Shown: one piece after another, positions 29,710 to 38,520 of the stretch
Layout: each line of letters starts with the position of its first letter
Numbering within the stretch: the stretch's first letter is position 1
DNA from: Candidatus Sericytochromatia bacterium
Lineage (GTDB): Bacteria; Cyanobacteriota; Sericytochromatia; S15B-MN24; UBA4093
NCBI GenBank assembly: GCA_036676985.1
Contig: JAKFBU010000056.1
Location: forward strand, 64,001 to 128,000
Length of the DNA stretch: 64,000 bases
Direction of reading: 5' to 3'
Program-made: the position numbers and the translations under genes
The notes under the pieces: model-generated
What the model saw: the letters and a program-made list of their open reading frames with translations, nothing else
What the model was told of the DNA's origin: nothing
The model's database searches: none

Positions 29710-30609
29710 TTGTTTGCAATCATCGGCCTTCTGATCGTCTTCGGCGGCGTCTTCGGGGGCTTCTTGCTCGAAGGTGGCCCGATCGCCATCATCAATCAGC
29801 CGGCGGAGTTCGTCATCATCGGCGGCGCGGCGCTCGGCGGCTTGCTCGCGGGCACGCCCGCTCCGATCCTCAAGCAGATCGGGCGCGATCTGCCGCGGGT
29901 CTTCGGGGCGACCGCCTACCCGCGGGCGGCCTACGAGGAGATCCTCGGCGCCCTGTATGCGATCTTCAACCGTGCCAAGCGCGAGGGCTTCCTCACCGTC
30001 GAGCAGGACCTGATGAATCCGCACGAGGCCGAGGTCTTCCAGCAGTTCCCGTCGCTCCTCAAGAACCACCACGCGCTCGACTTCATGTGCGACTCCATGA
30101 AGCTCGCCATCAGCTACCAGGCCAAGCCGGAGCACATCGAGCTGGCCATGGACATCTACCTGGAGACGCACCACGAGGAGAGCGCGCTCGGCACGGCGGC
30201 CATCTCGCGCGTGTCGGACGCCCTGCCCGGCCTGGGCATCGTCGCGGCGGTGCTCGGCATCATCATCACCCTGCAGTTCCTGAGCGCGCCGGCCGAGATC
30301 CTCGGTCACCACATCAGCGCGGCGCTCGTGGGCACCTTCCTCGGCCTGTTGCTCTCGTACGGCATGCTGCAGCCCATTGCGGCCAACATCGAGACCCAGA
30401 ACAAGGAAGCGGGACGCTACTTCCAGTGCATCCGCGAGGCGGTCGGCGCCTACTTCAACGGCTGCGACCCCATCGTCGCCGTCGAGATCGGTCGCCAGGC
30501 CATCTACTCGTACAACCGCCCCACGGCCGAGGAGCTCGAGGCCATCCTCTCGGGCAAGAAGGCCGAGGCCGGCGCGACGGGCGCCGAACCGGCGACCGCG
30601 GGAGCGTAG
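29710..30609 (+). CDS. motA: Flagellar motor stator protein MotA
   Basis: QPAEFVIIGGAALG, KREGFLTVE, DALPGLGIVAAVLG, ALVGTFLG, AVEIGR; TTG start after GAGG. Confidence 0.93.
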   Translation: MFAIIGLLIVFGGVFGGFLLEGGPIAIINQPAEFVIIGGAALGGLLAGTPAPILKQIGRDLPRVFGATAYPRAAYEEILGALYAIFNRAKREGFLTVEQDLMNPHEAEVFQQFPSLLKNHHALDFMCDSMKLAISYQAKPEHIELAMDIYLETHHEESALGTAAISRVSDALPGLGIVAAVLGIIITLQFLSAPAEILGHHISAALVGTFLGLLLSYGMLQPIAANIETQNKEAGRYFQCIREAVGAYFNGCDPIVAVEIGRQAIYSYNRPTAEELEAILSGKKAEAGATGAEPATAGA

Positions 30610-30612
30610 GCC

Positions 30613-31365
30613 TTGGGCAGACGCGGCAAAGGCGGCGGCCACGGGGGGCACCATGGCGGCTCGTGGAAGGTGGCGTACGCCGACTTCGTGACCTCGATGA
30701 TGGCCCTCTTCATGGTGCTCTGGCTCATCGGCCTGACGCCCCAGGAGACCCGCGAGGACCTCGCACGGTACTTCAAGGACCCCAACCTGTTCCAGGGCAA
30801 CGGTCAGATGCCGGGCCGGGAGAATCCCATCGACACGACCATCGCGATCATTCCCTCACAGTCGTCGGGCGCCCCGGATCAGACCAGCGTGCTCCAGCAG
30901 GTCTCGCCCAGCGACAGCATCGTCACCCAGCTCCAGCAGTCCATCGAGGAAGGCTCCCTCTGGGCCTTCCGGGATCGGGTGAAGATCACCCAGACCACCG
31001 AGGGCGTCGAGGTCTCGATCATCGAGAAGGCCAACGAGATCATGTTCGACTCGGGCTCGGCCAACCCGAACCCCAAGACCCTGGACATCCTCAAGGCGAT
31101 CGCCAAGGAACTGAAGGGTCACGGCAACCACCTCATGATCGGCGGCCACACGGACGCGCACCCCTTGGTCAACAAGCCGGGCTACACCAACTGGGAGCTC
31201 TCGGCGGACCGCGCCAACAAGGTCCGCAGCATCCTCGAGCACGACGGCGTGGACCCCAAGCGGGTCTCGGCGGTGCGCGGCTTCGCGGACACCAAGCCCA
31301 TCAACGCCAAGAATCCCTTCGCGGCCCAGAACCGGCGCATCACCATCGTGGTGTTGAAGCGGTAG
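30613..31365 (+). CDS. motB: Flagellar motor stator protein MotB
   Basis: HHGGSWKVAYADFVTSMMALFMVLWL; OmpA-like domain GHTD, NWELSADRA, NRRITI. Confidence 0.93.
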   Translation: MGRRGKGGGHGGHHGGSWKVAYADFVTSMMALFMVLWLIGLTPQETREDLARYFKDPNLFQGNGQMPGRENPIDTTIAIIPSQSSGAPDQTSVLQQVSPSDSIVTQLQQSIEEGSLWAFRDRVKITQTTEGVEVSIIEKANEIMFDSGSANPNPKTLDILKAIAKELKGHGNHLMIGGHTDAHPLVNKPGYTNWELSADRANKVRSILEHDGVDPKRVSAVRGFADTKPINAKNPFAAQNRRITIVVLKR

Positions 31366-31380
31366 GTCGTCCCAAGAATC

Positions 31381-31410
31381 GAGCCCCCGTCCAACTGGAC
31401 GGGGGCTCTT
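31381..31410. terminator. Hairpin between convergent motB and phosphoesterase genes
   Basis: GAGCCCCCGTCC-aact-GGACGGGGGCTC-TT. Confidence 0.75.
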
Positions 31411-31412
31411 GA

Positions 31413-32303
31413 CTAGTTGACACGCGCGACCGTCAGGCTGCCCTGCCGGGCGTAAGAGAGCCGGTTGAGCGCCAGATGGCGCATGGCCGTTCCGATGGCG
31501 CACGGGGCGTCCTCCCGCTCGTCGAGCGGCACCCGGCGCCAGTGGTACTTGATCTCGTGCACGTGGTCGTGGTGGTGCACCTCGAACACGCGATACTGGT
31601 GCGGATGCTCGACCAGGCTCGGTCCCGTCAGCACCGTCGTCGACTCGAAGGGCGTGCTGCTGCTCAGGTGGTAATGCCCGCACAGCATCAACGGCGCATG
31701 CGTGTGCGGGGCGATCGCCCGCGCCAGCCGCATCCGGTCCTCGTCCTCGAACTTCAACGAGCCCATGAGCGGATAGGGCATGATGGGCGGATGGTGGATG
31801 GCCAGGAGCGCCAGCTCGTCCCGGCTCTCCTTGAGCGTCTCTGAGAGCCAGTCGGCCTGTGCGGCCGTGAAGCGCCCGCGCCAAGTCAGGTAGTGGGGCT
31901 CGTCGGTGTCCGTGGAGTCCAGCACGATGAGGCGGACGCCCGGCGTCGGGCTCACGCGGTAGTACGGGCTGCCGCCGCTGAGGCCATGATCGCCGAGCTC
32001 GCGCATCAAGAAGCGCTTGCGATCGCGGACGCTGTACCCCTCCACGTCATGGTTGCCGAAGGCCACGTAGAAGGGGTGGCGCAGCCCGCTCAGGATCGAG
32101 CGCATGGCGTCGATCTCCGCCGGGATCCGCTCCGGGAAGTGGAAGAGATCCCCCGTGAAGAGCACGAAGTCGAGGTCCTGCGCGTTGAGGTCCGCGACCG
32201 TGTGCTCCAGCACGAACGGCCCCGTCGGGTACCGCGGCTGGGAGAGGGTCGTGAAGTGGAGGTCCGTCAGGTGCGCGAAGCGCGCGGTGTCATGGGTCGG
32301 CAT
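31413..32303 (-). CDS. Calcineurin-like metallophosphoesterase (CpdA/Icc-like)
   Basis: DLH, GD, GNHD, HH, GHYH motifs. Confidence 0.9.
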   Translation of the reverse strand: MPTHDTARFAHLTDLHFTTLSQPRYPTGPFVLEHTVADLNAQDLDFVLFTGDLFHFPERIPAEIDAMRSILSGLRHPFYVAFGNHDVEGYSVRDRKRFLMRELGDHGLSGGSPYYRVSPTPGVRLIVLDSTDTDEPHYLTWRGRFTAAQADWLSETLKESRDELALLAIHHPPIMPYPLMGSLKFEDEDRMRLARAIAPHTHAPLMLCGHYHLSSSTPFESTTVLTGPSLVEHPHQYRVFEVHHHDHVHEIKYHWRRVPLDEREDAPCAIGTAMRHLALNRLSYARQGSLTVARVN

Positions 32304-32353
32304 ATCGTGGCTATACCCCTCGGCCCCCCTCCCCGGTACTAGTCAATGGAGGG

Positions 32354-33259
32354 TTAATAGGTTTCGACGTGCCACCGCTTGCCCTTCTTGAGGGTCTCGT
32401 GCAGCTGGGCCCAGTCCGCGTCGTGGCTGGCCGCGGTGGCGGCGAACGCCTCCTCGACTCCTACTTCCATTCCCTTGAGGCCGCACATGTAGACGTAGGT
32501 CTTGGGATCCGTCATGAGCGGCCAGAGGGCATCGCCGTACTCGCGGATCCGATCCTGGACGTACATGCGCCGACCGTCCGCGGTCTTCTGCTCGCGGCTG
32601 ATCGCGTAGTAGTGGCGGAAGTTGGCCCAGGAGTCCGCGTAGGCCTCGATCTCGTTCTGATAGAGGATCTCCTCGGAGTACGGCATGCCGAAGAACAGGC
32701 GCGCCTGCCCGAGGAAGGGCGTGTCGGGGCGGAAGATCTCGCGCAAAAAGGCCCGGAAGGGGGCGATGCCGGTGCCCGTCGCGATCATGACCAGGTTGGC
32801 CTCGGGATCCTCCGGCAGGAGGAAGGTCCGGCCCACCGGGCCCGTCATCTGGACCTCGTCACCGGGCTTGAGGTCGCACAGGTAGTTGGAGGCGACCCCG
32901 CGCACCTCCTGGCCCGTCTCGGAGTCGGTGTAGACGACGCGCTTCACGCACAGCGTGACGGTCTTGAAGTCGTCGCGATCGCCCCGGCGCGTCGAGGCGA
33001 CCGAGTACAGGCGCAGCTTCTCGGGCTTGCCCGCCTTGTCCACGCCGGGGGGCAGGATGCCCACGCTCTGGCCCTCGAGGTAACGCATCTCCCCCTGGGA
33101 GAGGTCGAAGACCAGGTGCCGCACGTCCGAGGGGTGACCCTCCGGCGTCAGGCGGACGTTCTGGAGCAGGGCGCTCGTCAAAGGGGCGTTCGGCCGGTAA
33201 AGGTTGATGGGCAACTCGCGAACCGGGGCAGCGGCAGTCGTCTCCGCGGGGCTATCCAT
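32354..33259 (-). CDS. petH: Ferredoxin-NADP+ reductase, plant/cyanobacterial type, without CpcD domain
   Basis: YLEGQSVGI.PPG, KLRLYSVAS, GVASNYLCD, MIATGTGIAPFR, YMCGLKGM, terminal WHVETY; AGGAAGG RBS. Confidence 0.92.
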   Translation of the reverse strand: MDSPAETTAAAPVRELPINLYRPNAPLTSALLQNVRLTPEGHPSDVRHLVFDLSQGEMRYLEGQSVGILPPGVDKAGKPEKLRLYSVASTRRGDRDDFKTVTLCVKRVVYTDSETGQEVRGVASNYLCDLKPGDEVQMTGPVGRTFLLPEDPEANLVMIATGTGIAPFRAFLREIFRPDTPFLGQARLFFGMPYSEEILYQNEIEAYADSWANFRHYYAISREQKTADGRRMYVQDRIREYGDALWPLMTDPKTYVYMCGLKGMEVGVEEAFAATAASHDADWAQLHETLKKGKRWHVETY

Positions 33260-33394
33260 GGCCACCTTCCTTTCCCTTGGCAGGCGCCTTCGCATGACCT
33301 CGCGGCGTGTGCGGGCGCTCCCTTGGCAAGCATGCGCCCTCAGTTTACCACCGATCGAAGGCTGTGGTCGCCAGGCGATCGACGGATGGCTGGA

Positions 33395-34195
33395 CTAGCC
33401 GCCCGTGACGTTCATCAGGAGGAAATAGCGGTTCGAGAAGAGCTGCACGTAGGCGTAGGCCGTGCCCAGGTTGGGAATCCGGCCGTTGCGGCGCCAGGCC
33501 GGATACCACACGTCCATGACCGTCCCGAACATGTCGTCGGGGTTCCAGCGGGACTTGAACTCCCGGGCGGCGAGCGTCAGGTTCAGGTATGGATCGCGCT
33601 TGAGGCGCTCCACCCGCTCCTCGAGCGTGCCGCCCAGGCGCTTGTGATCCTGCGCCTGGACCGACGTGAGACCGACGGCGACGAGCCCGCGCGCCCGGGT
33701 GTCCTGCCGGGTGTCGAAGTTGCTCTCGGTCCACACGTAGGCGCCGAGGATGAGGGGATCGATCCCCTGCTCGATGGCCACCCGCTCGATCAGGGGCCCG
33801 TACTTGGCCCAGCCGAGCTCGGCCTCCTTGAGGCTCAGGCCCCACTTGTCCTTGGCCGGCATGAGGAGGTTGTAGGGTGTCAACTCATCGTCGCGCTTGT
33901 GCGGCAGGGCCGCGAGCGACTGGTAGAGGGTCTCGACGTCGCGCGCGGCCACGCCCATCTTGCGGGCCAGTTGGGGCCAGCGATCGTCGTTGAGGCGATC
34001 GCTCAGCTGCAGCACCTGCTCCAGCGTGAGGCCATGGCGCTTGGCGAGGCCGTCGAACCGCGACGTGAAGTCCGCCGCCAGGGAGTCGACTCGCTCCACC
34101 AAAGACGGGACCGCACCGGAGGCCGATGGAATCGGCCCCCGGGCGGTCCAGCCCAGGATGCAGCAGATGGCGATGACCGCGCCGGCACGTCGCAT
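33395..34195 (-). CDS. Exported lytic-transglycosylase (SLT-like) domain protein
   Basis: Signal-like N-terminus MRRAGAVIAICC; IDPLILGAYVWTESNF and AVGLTSVQ resemble SLT motifs I/II; DPYLNL; GGAG RBS. Confidence 0.65.
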   Translation of the reverse strand: MRRAGAVIAICCILGWTARGPIPSASGAVPSLVERVDSLAADFTSRFDGLAKRHGLTLEQVLQLSDRLNDDRWPQLARKMGVAARDVETLYQSLAALPHKRDDELTPYNLLMPAKDKWGLSLKEAELGWAKYGPLIERVAIEQGIDPLILGAYVWTESNFDTRQDTRARGLVAVGLTSVQAQDHKRLGGTLEERVERLKRDPYLNLTLAAREFKSRWNPDDMFGTVMDVWYPAWRRNGRIPNLGTAYAYVQLFSNRYFLLMNVTGG

Positions 34196-34263
34196 GCTCC
34201 CCCCGAAATCAGGTGCGTCGAGGGTTACATACCCGGGCGGGCGGCGCGGCCCAACCCTCGCTT

Positions 34264-34431
34264 TTAATCTTCCTCGTGGTGCTCGCGGATGTCGCGCAGG
34301 CGCGAGCGGACGGCATCGAGGTTGATGCGCAGGACGTTCTGCTCGGCGCCCGTCATCTTGGGCTTGGCGGTCAGGAGGAACTCCTGCAGGGCGTTGAGCT
34401 GCTCTTCGGCTTGCTGGATCTTGTTCTTCAT
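34264..34431 (-). CDS. 55-aa helical hypothetical protein (below ORF-track cutoff)
   Basis: AAGGA RBS; MKNKIQQAEEQLNALQEFLLTAKPKMTGAEQNVLRINLDAVRSRLRDIREHHEED; strongly GC3-biased codons. Confidence 0.75.
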   Translation of the reverse strand: MKNKIQQAEEQLNALQEFLLTAKPKMTGAEQNVLRINLDAVRSRLRDIREHHEED

Positions 34432-34624
34432 GGCAGTGGTCCTTCTGTGACAGGGGCATGCGACGAGCCTTACAGGCCGATGGCCCGAACCAACATCACT
34501 TTATCATGGCCGGCCGACCAATCCTTCCGACGGCCAACCATGTTTGTGCAAGCTGGTCGAGGCCAACGAAACGAACGAACGTCGATACTAGGGACGTTTC
34601 TCCCGACCCTCAAGGAGCAACGCC

Positions 34625-35110
34625 ATGCGCAAGCGATACCTGTTGATGGCCGGCGCCGTCGTCACGATAGGGATCTTGGCGAGTCAGGTCCCGCGGCTAT
34701 TCGCCCAAACGCCGGCGGCACAGCCCCCTACGGCCCAGACGGCCGCCAAGCCGCCCGTCATGCCACAGCCCGGCCAGCCCGGCTTCCTGACGCCCCAGGA
34801 GGTGCACCAACTGATGCAAGCGGGTGTCACCGTCCGGATCGGCGATGTCCGCAAGGTAAACGCGTACGAGCGGCGCCACATCCAGGGCGCTCTGTCCCTG
34901 CCCCGCAAGGACATCACGACCTGGGGACCCAAGCTCTCCAAGGAGGAGATGCTCATCCTCTACTGTTCGTGACCGGACGATGCCTCCAGCGCCCGTGCGG
35001 CGCTGCAACTGTCCCAGGAGTTCGGATACAAAAACGTCCACGCCCTCAAAGGAGGGCTGGACGCTTGGATAGCCGCCGGTTATCCGTTTGAGTTGGGGGA
35101 GACGCGCTAG
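34625..35110 (+). CDS. Exported rhodanese-domain protein with in-frame TGA (probable selenocysteine at 34970-34972)
   Basis: DVR..YERRHIQGA..LILYCS-TGA-PDDASSARAALQLSQEFGYKNVHALKGGLDAWIAAGYP; the rhodanese fold is complete only if TGA is read through; AAGGAG RBS. Confidence 0.85.
34973..35014 (+). promoter_or_regulatory. Putative bacterial SECIS element
   Basis: CAGCGCC-cgtgc-GGCGCTG hairpin (34987-35005) starting 14 nt after TGA, GU in the loop; lower stem GGAC(34975)/GTCC(35011). Confidence 0.7.
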
Positions 35111-36171
35111 CGCGCCTCCCAGTCCTTGGCCGCCGTCTGCTCGAGCGCCGCGATGGCGGCCTTGTCCTGCAGGATGATGCCGACCTCGCGGTTGTTGTCC
35201 AGCGAGTTGGCCGTGAAGTTCTCCGAACCCACGTAGGCCTTGGCGCCGTCGGCGATGGCGATCTTGGCGTGCATCTTGATGCTCTTGCCGAAACGGATCT
35301 GGTCCACGCCCACGCTCTTGAGGAGCTTGGTCGTCTCGCCGACCGTGTCGCGACCCGTGACGGGATCGGCGTCGAAGTACGCGCACTGGACCTTCACGTC
35401 GACGCCGGCCTTGGCGCGTGCGCCGATGTGCTGGGCGATCTCGGGGTCGCTCAGAAACTCCACCTGGATCATGAGGCTCTTCTTGGCCCCGTCGATGAGC
35501 TTGAGGATCTTCTCGCGCGAGTTGTCGGGGCTCACGACCAGGTCGGGATCCTTGGGCTTGTAGGTCAGTTCCTCCCAGTCGGCGTGGAAGATCCGCTGCA
35601 GCTCGGCGACGTCGGTGGGGTCGCGATCGACCACCACGTACTCGCGGTTGCTGGTCAGGCCCGAGTTCGTGAAGTTCATGGTCATGATGTAGCCGACCTC
35701 GCCGTCGACGACCATGCTCTTGACGTGGGTGAAGCGGAACTTGGGGCTCGAGCGCTTGACCTTGATGCCGCCCGCGAGGAGGGCCGCGATCGTGGCCTTG
35801 TTCGGGTTCTCGGGCAAGGGCTCGCCCATCTTGGGCGGGATGTAGGGGTTGGCCTCGAGGATCACCCGGACGTCGACGCCGGCCTTCTGGCGGGCGATGA
35901 GGGCCTGCACCAGCTCGCCGCTCGCGTCGTAGTTGGTGAACATGTAGGTCTCCAACTCGATCGACTTCTTGGCGTTGCGGATGACGTCCACCATGGTCTT
36001 GGCTCCCGCGTCGGGGAAGACCAGCACCTGGGTCTGGCCGCTCGTGCGCTTGAGGGCGGAGGCCTGCGAGTCGACGCCTGCGCCCGGCGTGCCGAAGGGC
36101 AGCGTACCGCAACCGGTCAAGCCGAAAGCGAGCGCGAGGGCTAGGCTGAGGCTCTTGAACTGACGCTTCAC
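35107..36171 (-). CDS. Phospholipase D-family lipoprotein
   Basis: Lipobox LTGC; two HxKxxxxD motifs (HVKSMVVD, HAKIAIAD); GSENFT..S...NRE; GTG start after AAAGGA. Confidence 0.9.
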   Translation of the reverse strand: MKRQFKSLSLALALAFGLTGCGTLPFGTPGAGVDSQASALKRTSGQTQVLVFPDAGAKTMVDVIRNAKKSIELETYMFTNYDASGELVQALIARQKAGVDVRVILEANPYIPPKMGEPLPENPNKATIAALLAGGIKVKRSSPKFRFTHVKSMVVDGEVGYIMTMNFTNSGLTSNREYVVVDRDPTDVAELQRIFHADWEELTYKPKDPDLVVSPDNSREKILKLIDGAKKSLMIQVEFLSDPEIAQHIGARAKAGVDVKVQCAYFDADPVTGRDTVGETTKLLKSVGVDQIRFGKSIKMHAKIAIADGAKAYVGSENFTANSLDNNREVGIILQDKAAIAALEQTAAKDWEAR

Positions 36172-36386
36172 GGGCGGTCCTTTCACTGGATCTTGTGGGA
36201 GCCTTAAACCCTAGTTAACGGGTTAAGGACGTTATCGGGGGTCGGGGGCGCCGACTTGCGTGCCCACGACAATTTCCTCCACATGGCGCATGGGGACTGA
36301 CAAACGAGGCTTCATCTGCTTGAATAGAAGGATGGCCGAGGTCTTCGGCCACGTACAGACGCTGCTTTGAGTGAGGATAGGCTTTC

Positions 36387-37121
36387 ATGCGTAAAGAGGT
36401 CCACCGCTGGTATAGCCATCGCATCGGCAAGGAGATGCCGATCGCGGTCTACGGTCACTTTGGCTTCCCCCTCTTGATGTTCCCGACGGCGGCGGCGGAC
36501 TTCGAGGAGTACGAGCGCTTCCACCTGCTGACGGTGATGAAGCCCTACATCGAGGCCGGCAAGGTCAAGGTCTACTCGATCGACAGCGTCAATGCGCACA
36601 CCTGGATGAACACCCGCATCCACCCGGCGGAGCGCGCCCGCAAGCACGAATTCTACGACGCCTACGTCACCAAGGAAGTCGTTCCCTTCATCTGGAACCA
36701 CCAGGGCGGCCGCCAGGGCATCGTCACGACGGGCGCCAGCATGGGTGCTTTCCACGCGATGAACTTCCTGCTGCGCCACCCCGACATGTTCAACGGCACC
36801 ATCGCCATGTCGGGCGCCTACGACCTGGATCCCTGGACCAACGGCTACGTGGACCAGAACGTGTTCTTCAACTCGCCGTTCCACTACCTGCCGGGTCTCA
36901 CCGATCCCTGGTACCTGGAGCAGCTGCGCTCGCACGGCAAGCGCATCCACATCCTGTCGGGCCAGGGCGACTACGAGGCTCCCGGCCAGTCGCGCAAGAT
37001 GTCGCGTCTGCTCTGGGAGAAGGGCATCTGGCACAACCTCGACCTGTGGGGCCACGACATGCGCCACGATTGGCCGACCTGGCGCCGCATGATGCCGCTC
37101 TACCTCGAGCACGCGTTCTAA
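36387..37121 (+). CDS. Esterase-family alpha/beta hydrolase
   Basis: YGHFGFPLLMFPT, GASMG nucleophile elbow, HDWPTW. Confidence 0.88.
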   Translation: MRKEVHRWYSHRIGKEMPIAVYGHFGFPLLMFPTAAADFEEYERFHLLTVMKPYIEAGKVKVYSIDSVNAHTWMNTRIHPAERARKHEFYDAYVTKEVVPFIWNHQGGRQGIVTTGASMGAFHAMNFLLRHPDMFNGTIAMSGAYDLDPWTNGYVDQNVFFNSPFHYLPGLTDPWYLEQLRSHGKRIHILSGQGDYEAPGQSRKMSRLLWEKGIWHNLDLWGHDMRHDWPTWRRMMPLYLEHAF

Positions 37122-37141
37122 GCCGGTCACTCCGTCAGAAC

Positions 37142-37180
37142 CAGCGCGGCCTCCCGACATGGGAGGCCGCGCTGTTCGTT
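37142..37180 (+). terminator. Intrinsic terminator after esterase
   Basis: CAGCGCGGCCTCCC-gacat-GGGAGGCCGCGCTG then TTCGTT. Confidence 0.75.
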
Positions 37181-37338
37181 GTCTGGTCGTCAGCGTCACT
37201 CTGCTCCCGGGTCGTTATGTCAAGGCGCCGATCGAGGCTCGTTAAATGCTCGTTAGAAGCGAGCAGGCAGCGGGTATCTAACTGGATATAAGGGTTGGTA
37301 GCCAGGCTAACCGCCGGCCGGCGGGAGAGGAGCGTCAC

Positions 37339-38400
37339 ATGGGGTCGGATCTCCGCTATAACCTCATCAACTCGTTCCGCAGCATCGACACGTGGCGCGC
37401 CAACATCATCTTCAACATGCTGGGCTCCATCACGCCGGGCTTCAAGAAGCGCGAGATCGTGATGGGCATCAAGCCGGGCGACGCCAGCCTGCGCACGGGC
37501 GAGGCCCAGAGCGCGACCCACGGCTCGACCCCCGCGGCCATCGGCTCCAACTCGGAGCTCATCATCCGCGGCTACAAGATCGTGCCCGCCCAGGTCAAGC
37601 CGACCCGCGAGCAGGGCTCGACGGCCTCTCCCACGCACCTGAGCATCGTCGGCGACGGCTTCTTCGCGGTCGCCGAGAGCGACTCTCCGGGCGCGCGCAT
37701 CTTCTTCACCCGCAACGGCAGCTTTCACTGGAAGCAGACGGGGTCGGTCAACGTCGGCGGCACCCAGGTCCCGCGCTACCAGCTGGTCAACGACCAGGGG
37801 CTGATCGTGCTGCGCAAGCAGGACATCGACTTCGACGTCGCCTCCGGGGCCACCAAGCTGCGCACCTCGAGCAACCCGGCCACCGACCCCATCGGCATGG
37901 TGCTCTCCCAGGCCTCGCCCCCTGGCGAGCGGGACGGCTACTTCAAGGACGCCACCAAGACCCTGCCCGGCATCATCAAGGGTGTGCTCGGCAACCACAA
38001 GCAGGGCGACATCTCGGGCGTGGACGACGCCGAGATCTTCAACGGCGCCAACCCCAACGCCTACATCCGGCGCGACGACAACCACGACAGCGACCTGGCC
38101 ATCGTCAAGCTGCCGGCCGCTTCACGCTTGGCCACCTCGAGCTACGGCGGCGAGATCTACGAGGCGCCCATCACGGCCCGCCAGGGCATCGTCGTGGACT
38201 CGCTGCGCGGCTGGTTCTCCAAGGAAGGGGTGAACGCCCCCCACATCCTGCCCATGAGCCTGGAGTCGCTGGACGCCCGCGGCATGCTGGACCAGCTGAA
38301 CATCGAGAGCGAGACGGCGAATTTCGTCTACCGGAACCTCTCGACCTTCATGCAGGACTACAACAAGGGTATCGACGACCTGCTGGGCATCATCCGGTAA
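37339..38400 (+). CDS. Divergent flagellar rod/hook (FlgG/FlgE-like) protein
   Basis: TPGFKK, QGS..T.SPTHLSIVGDGFFAV, FFTRNGSF, LVNDQGLIV match FlgEFG motifs; termini divergent; GAGGAG RBS. Confidence 0.8.
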   Translation: MGSDLRYNLINSFRSIDTWRANIIFNMLGSITPGFKKREIVMGIKPGDASLRTGEAQSATHGSTPAAIGSNSELIIRGYKIVPAQVKPTREQGSTASPTHLSIVGDGFFAVAESDSPGARIFFTRNGSFHWKQTGSVNVGGTQVPRYQLVNDQGLIVLRKQDIDFDVASGATKLRTSSNPATDPIGMVLSQASPPGERDGYFKDATKTLPGIIKGVLGNHKQGDISGVDDAEIFNGANPNAYIRRDDNHDSDLAIVKLPAASRLATSSYGGEIYEAPITARQGIVVDSLRGWFSKEGVNAPHILPMSLESLDARGMLDQLNIESETANFVYRNLSTFMQDYNKGIDDLLGIIR

Positions 38401-38418
38401 GGCTCGTTCCACGCGACG

Positions 38419-38451
38419 AAACAGCCCCCGCCGTGGCGGGGGCTGTTTTTT
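38419..38451. terminator. Intrinsic terminator after the FlgG-like gene
   Basis: AAACAGCCCCCGCC-gt-GGCGGGGGCTGTTTTTT. Confidence 0.85.
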
Positions 38452-38520
38452 GGCTTTACTTGGAGCGGAAACTCGTTCTACCCCCCCATCCCCCCCCTGC
38501 TAGGGGGGGCGGTGCTGGCC

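Noticed and set aside
29710-31365. MotAB-like pair as the Zorya ZorAB anti-phage system
   Set aside because: MotA has normal length and flagellar torque residues, there is no long ZorA tail, and no zorC/D/E neighbours.
34970-34972. Rhodanese as a pseudogene or evidence of UGA reassignment (genetic code 4 or 25)
   Set aside because: Many genes here end in TGA and prfB is intact; the TGA sits at a Cys-equivalent site with a downstream hairpin, favouring selenocysteine.
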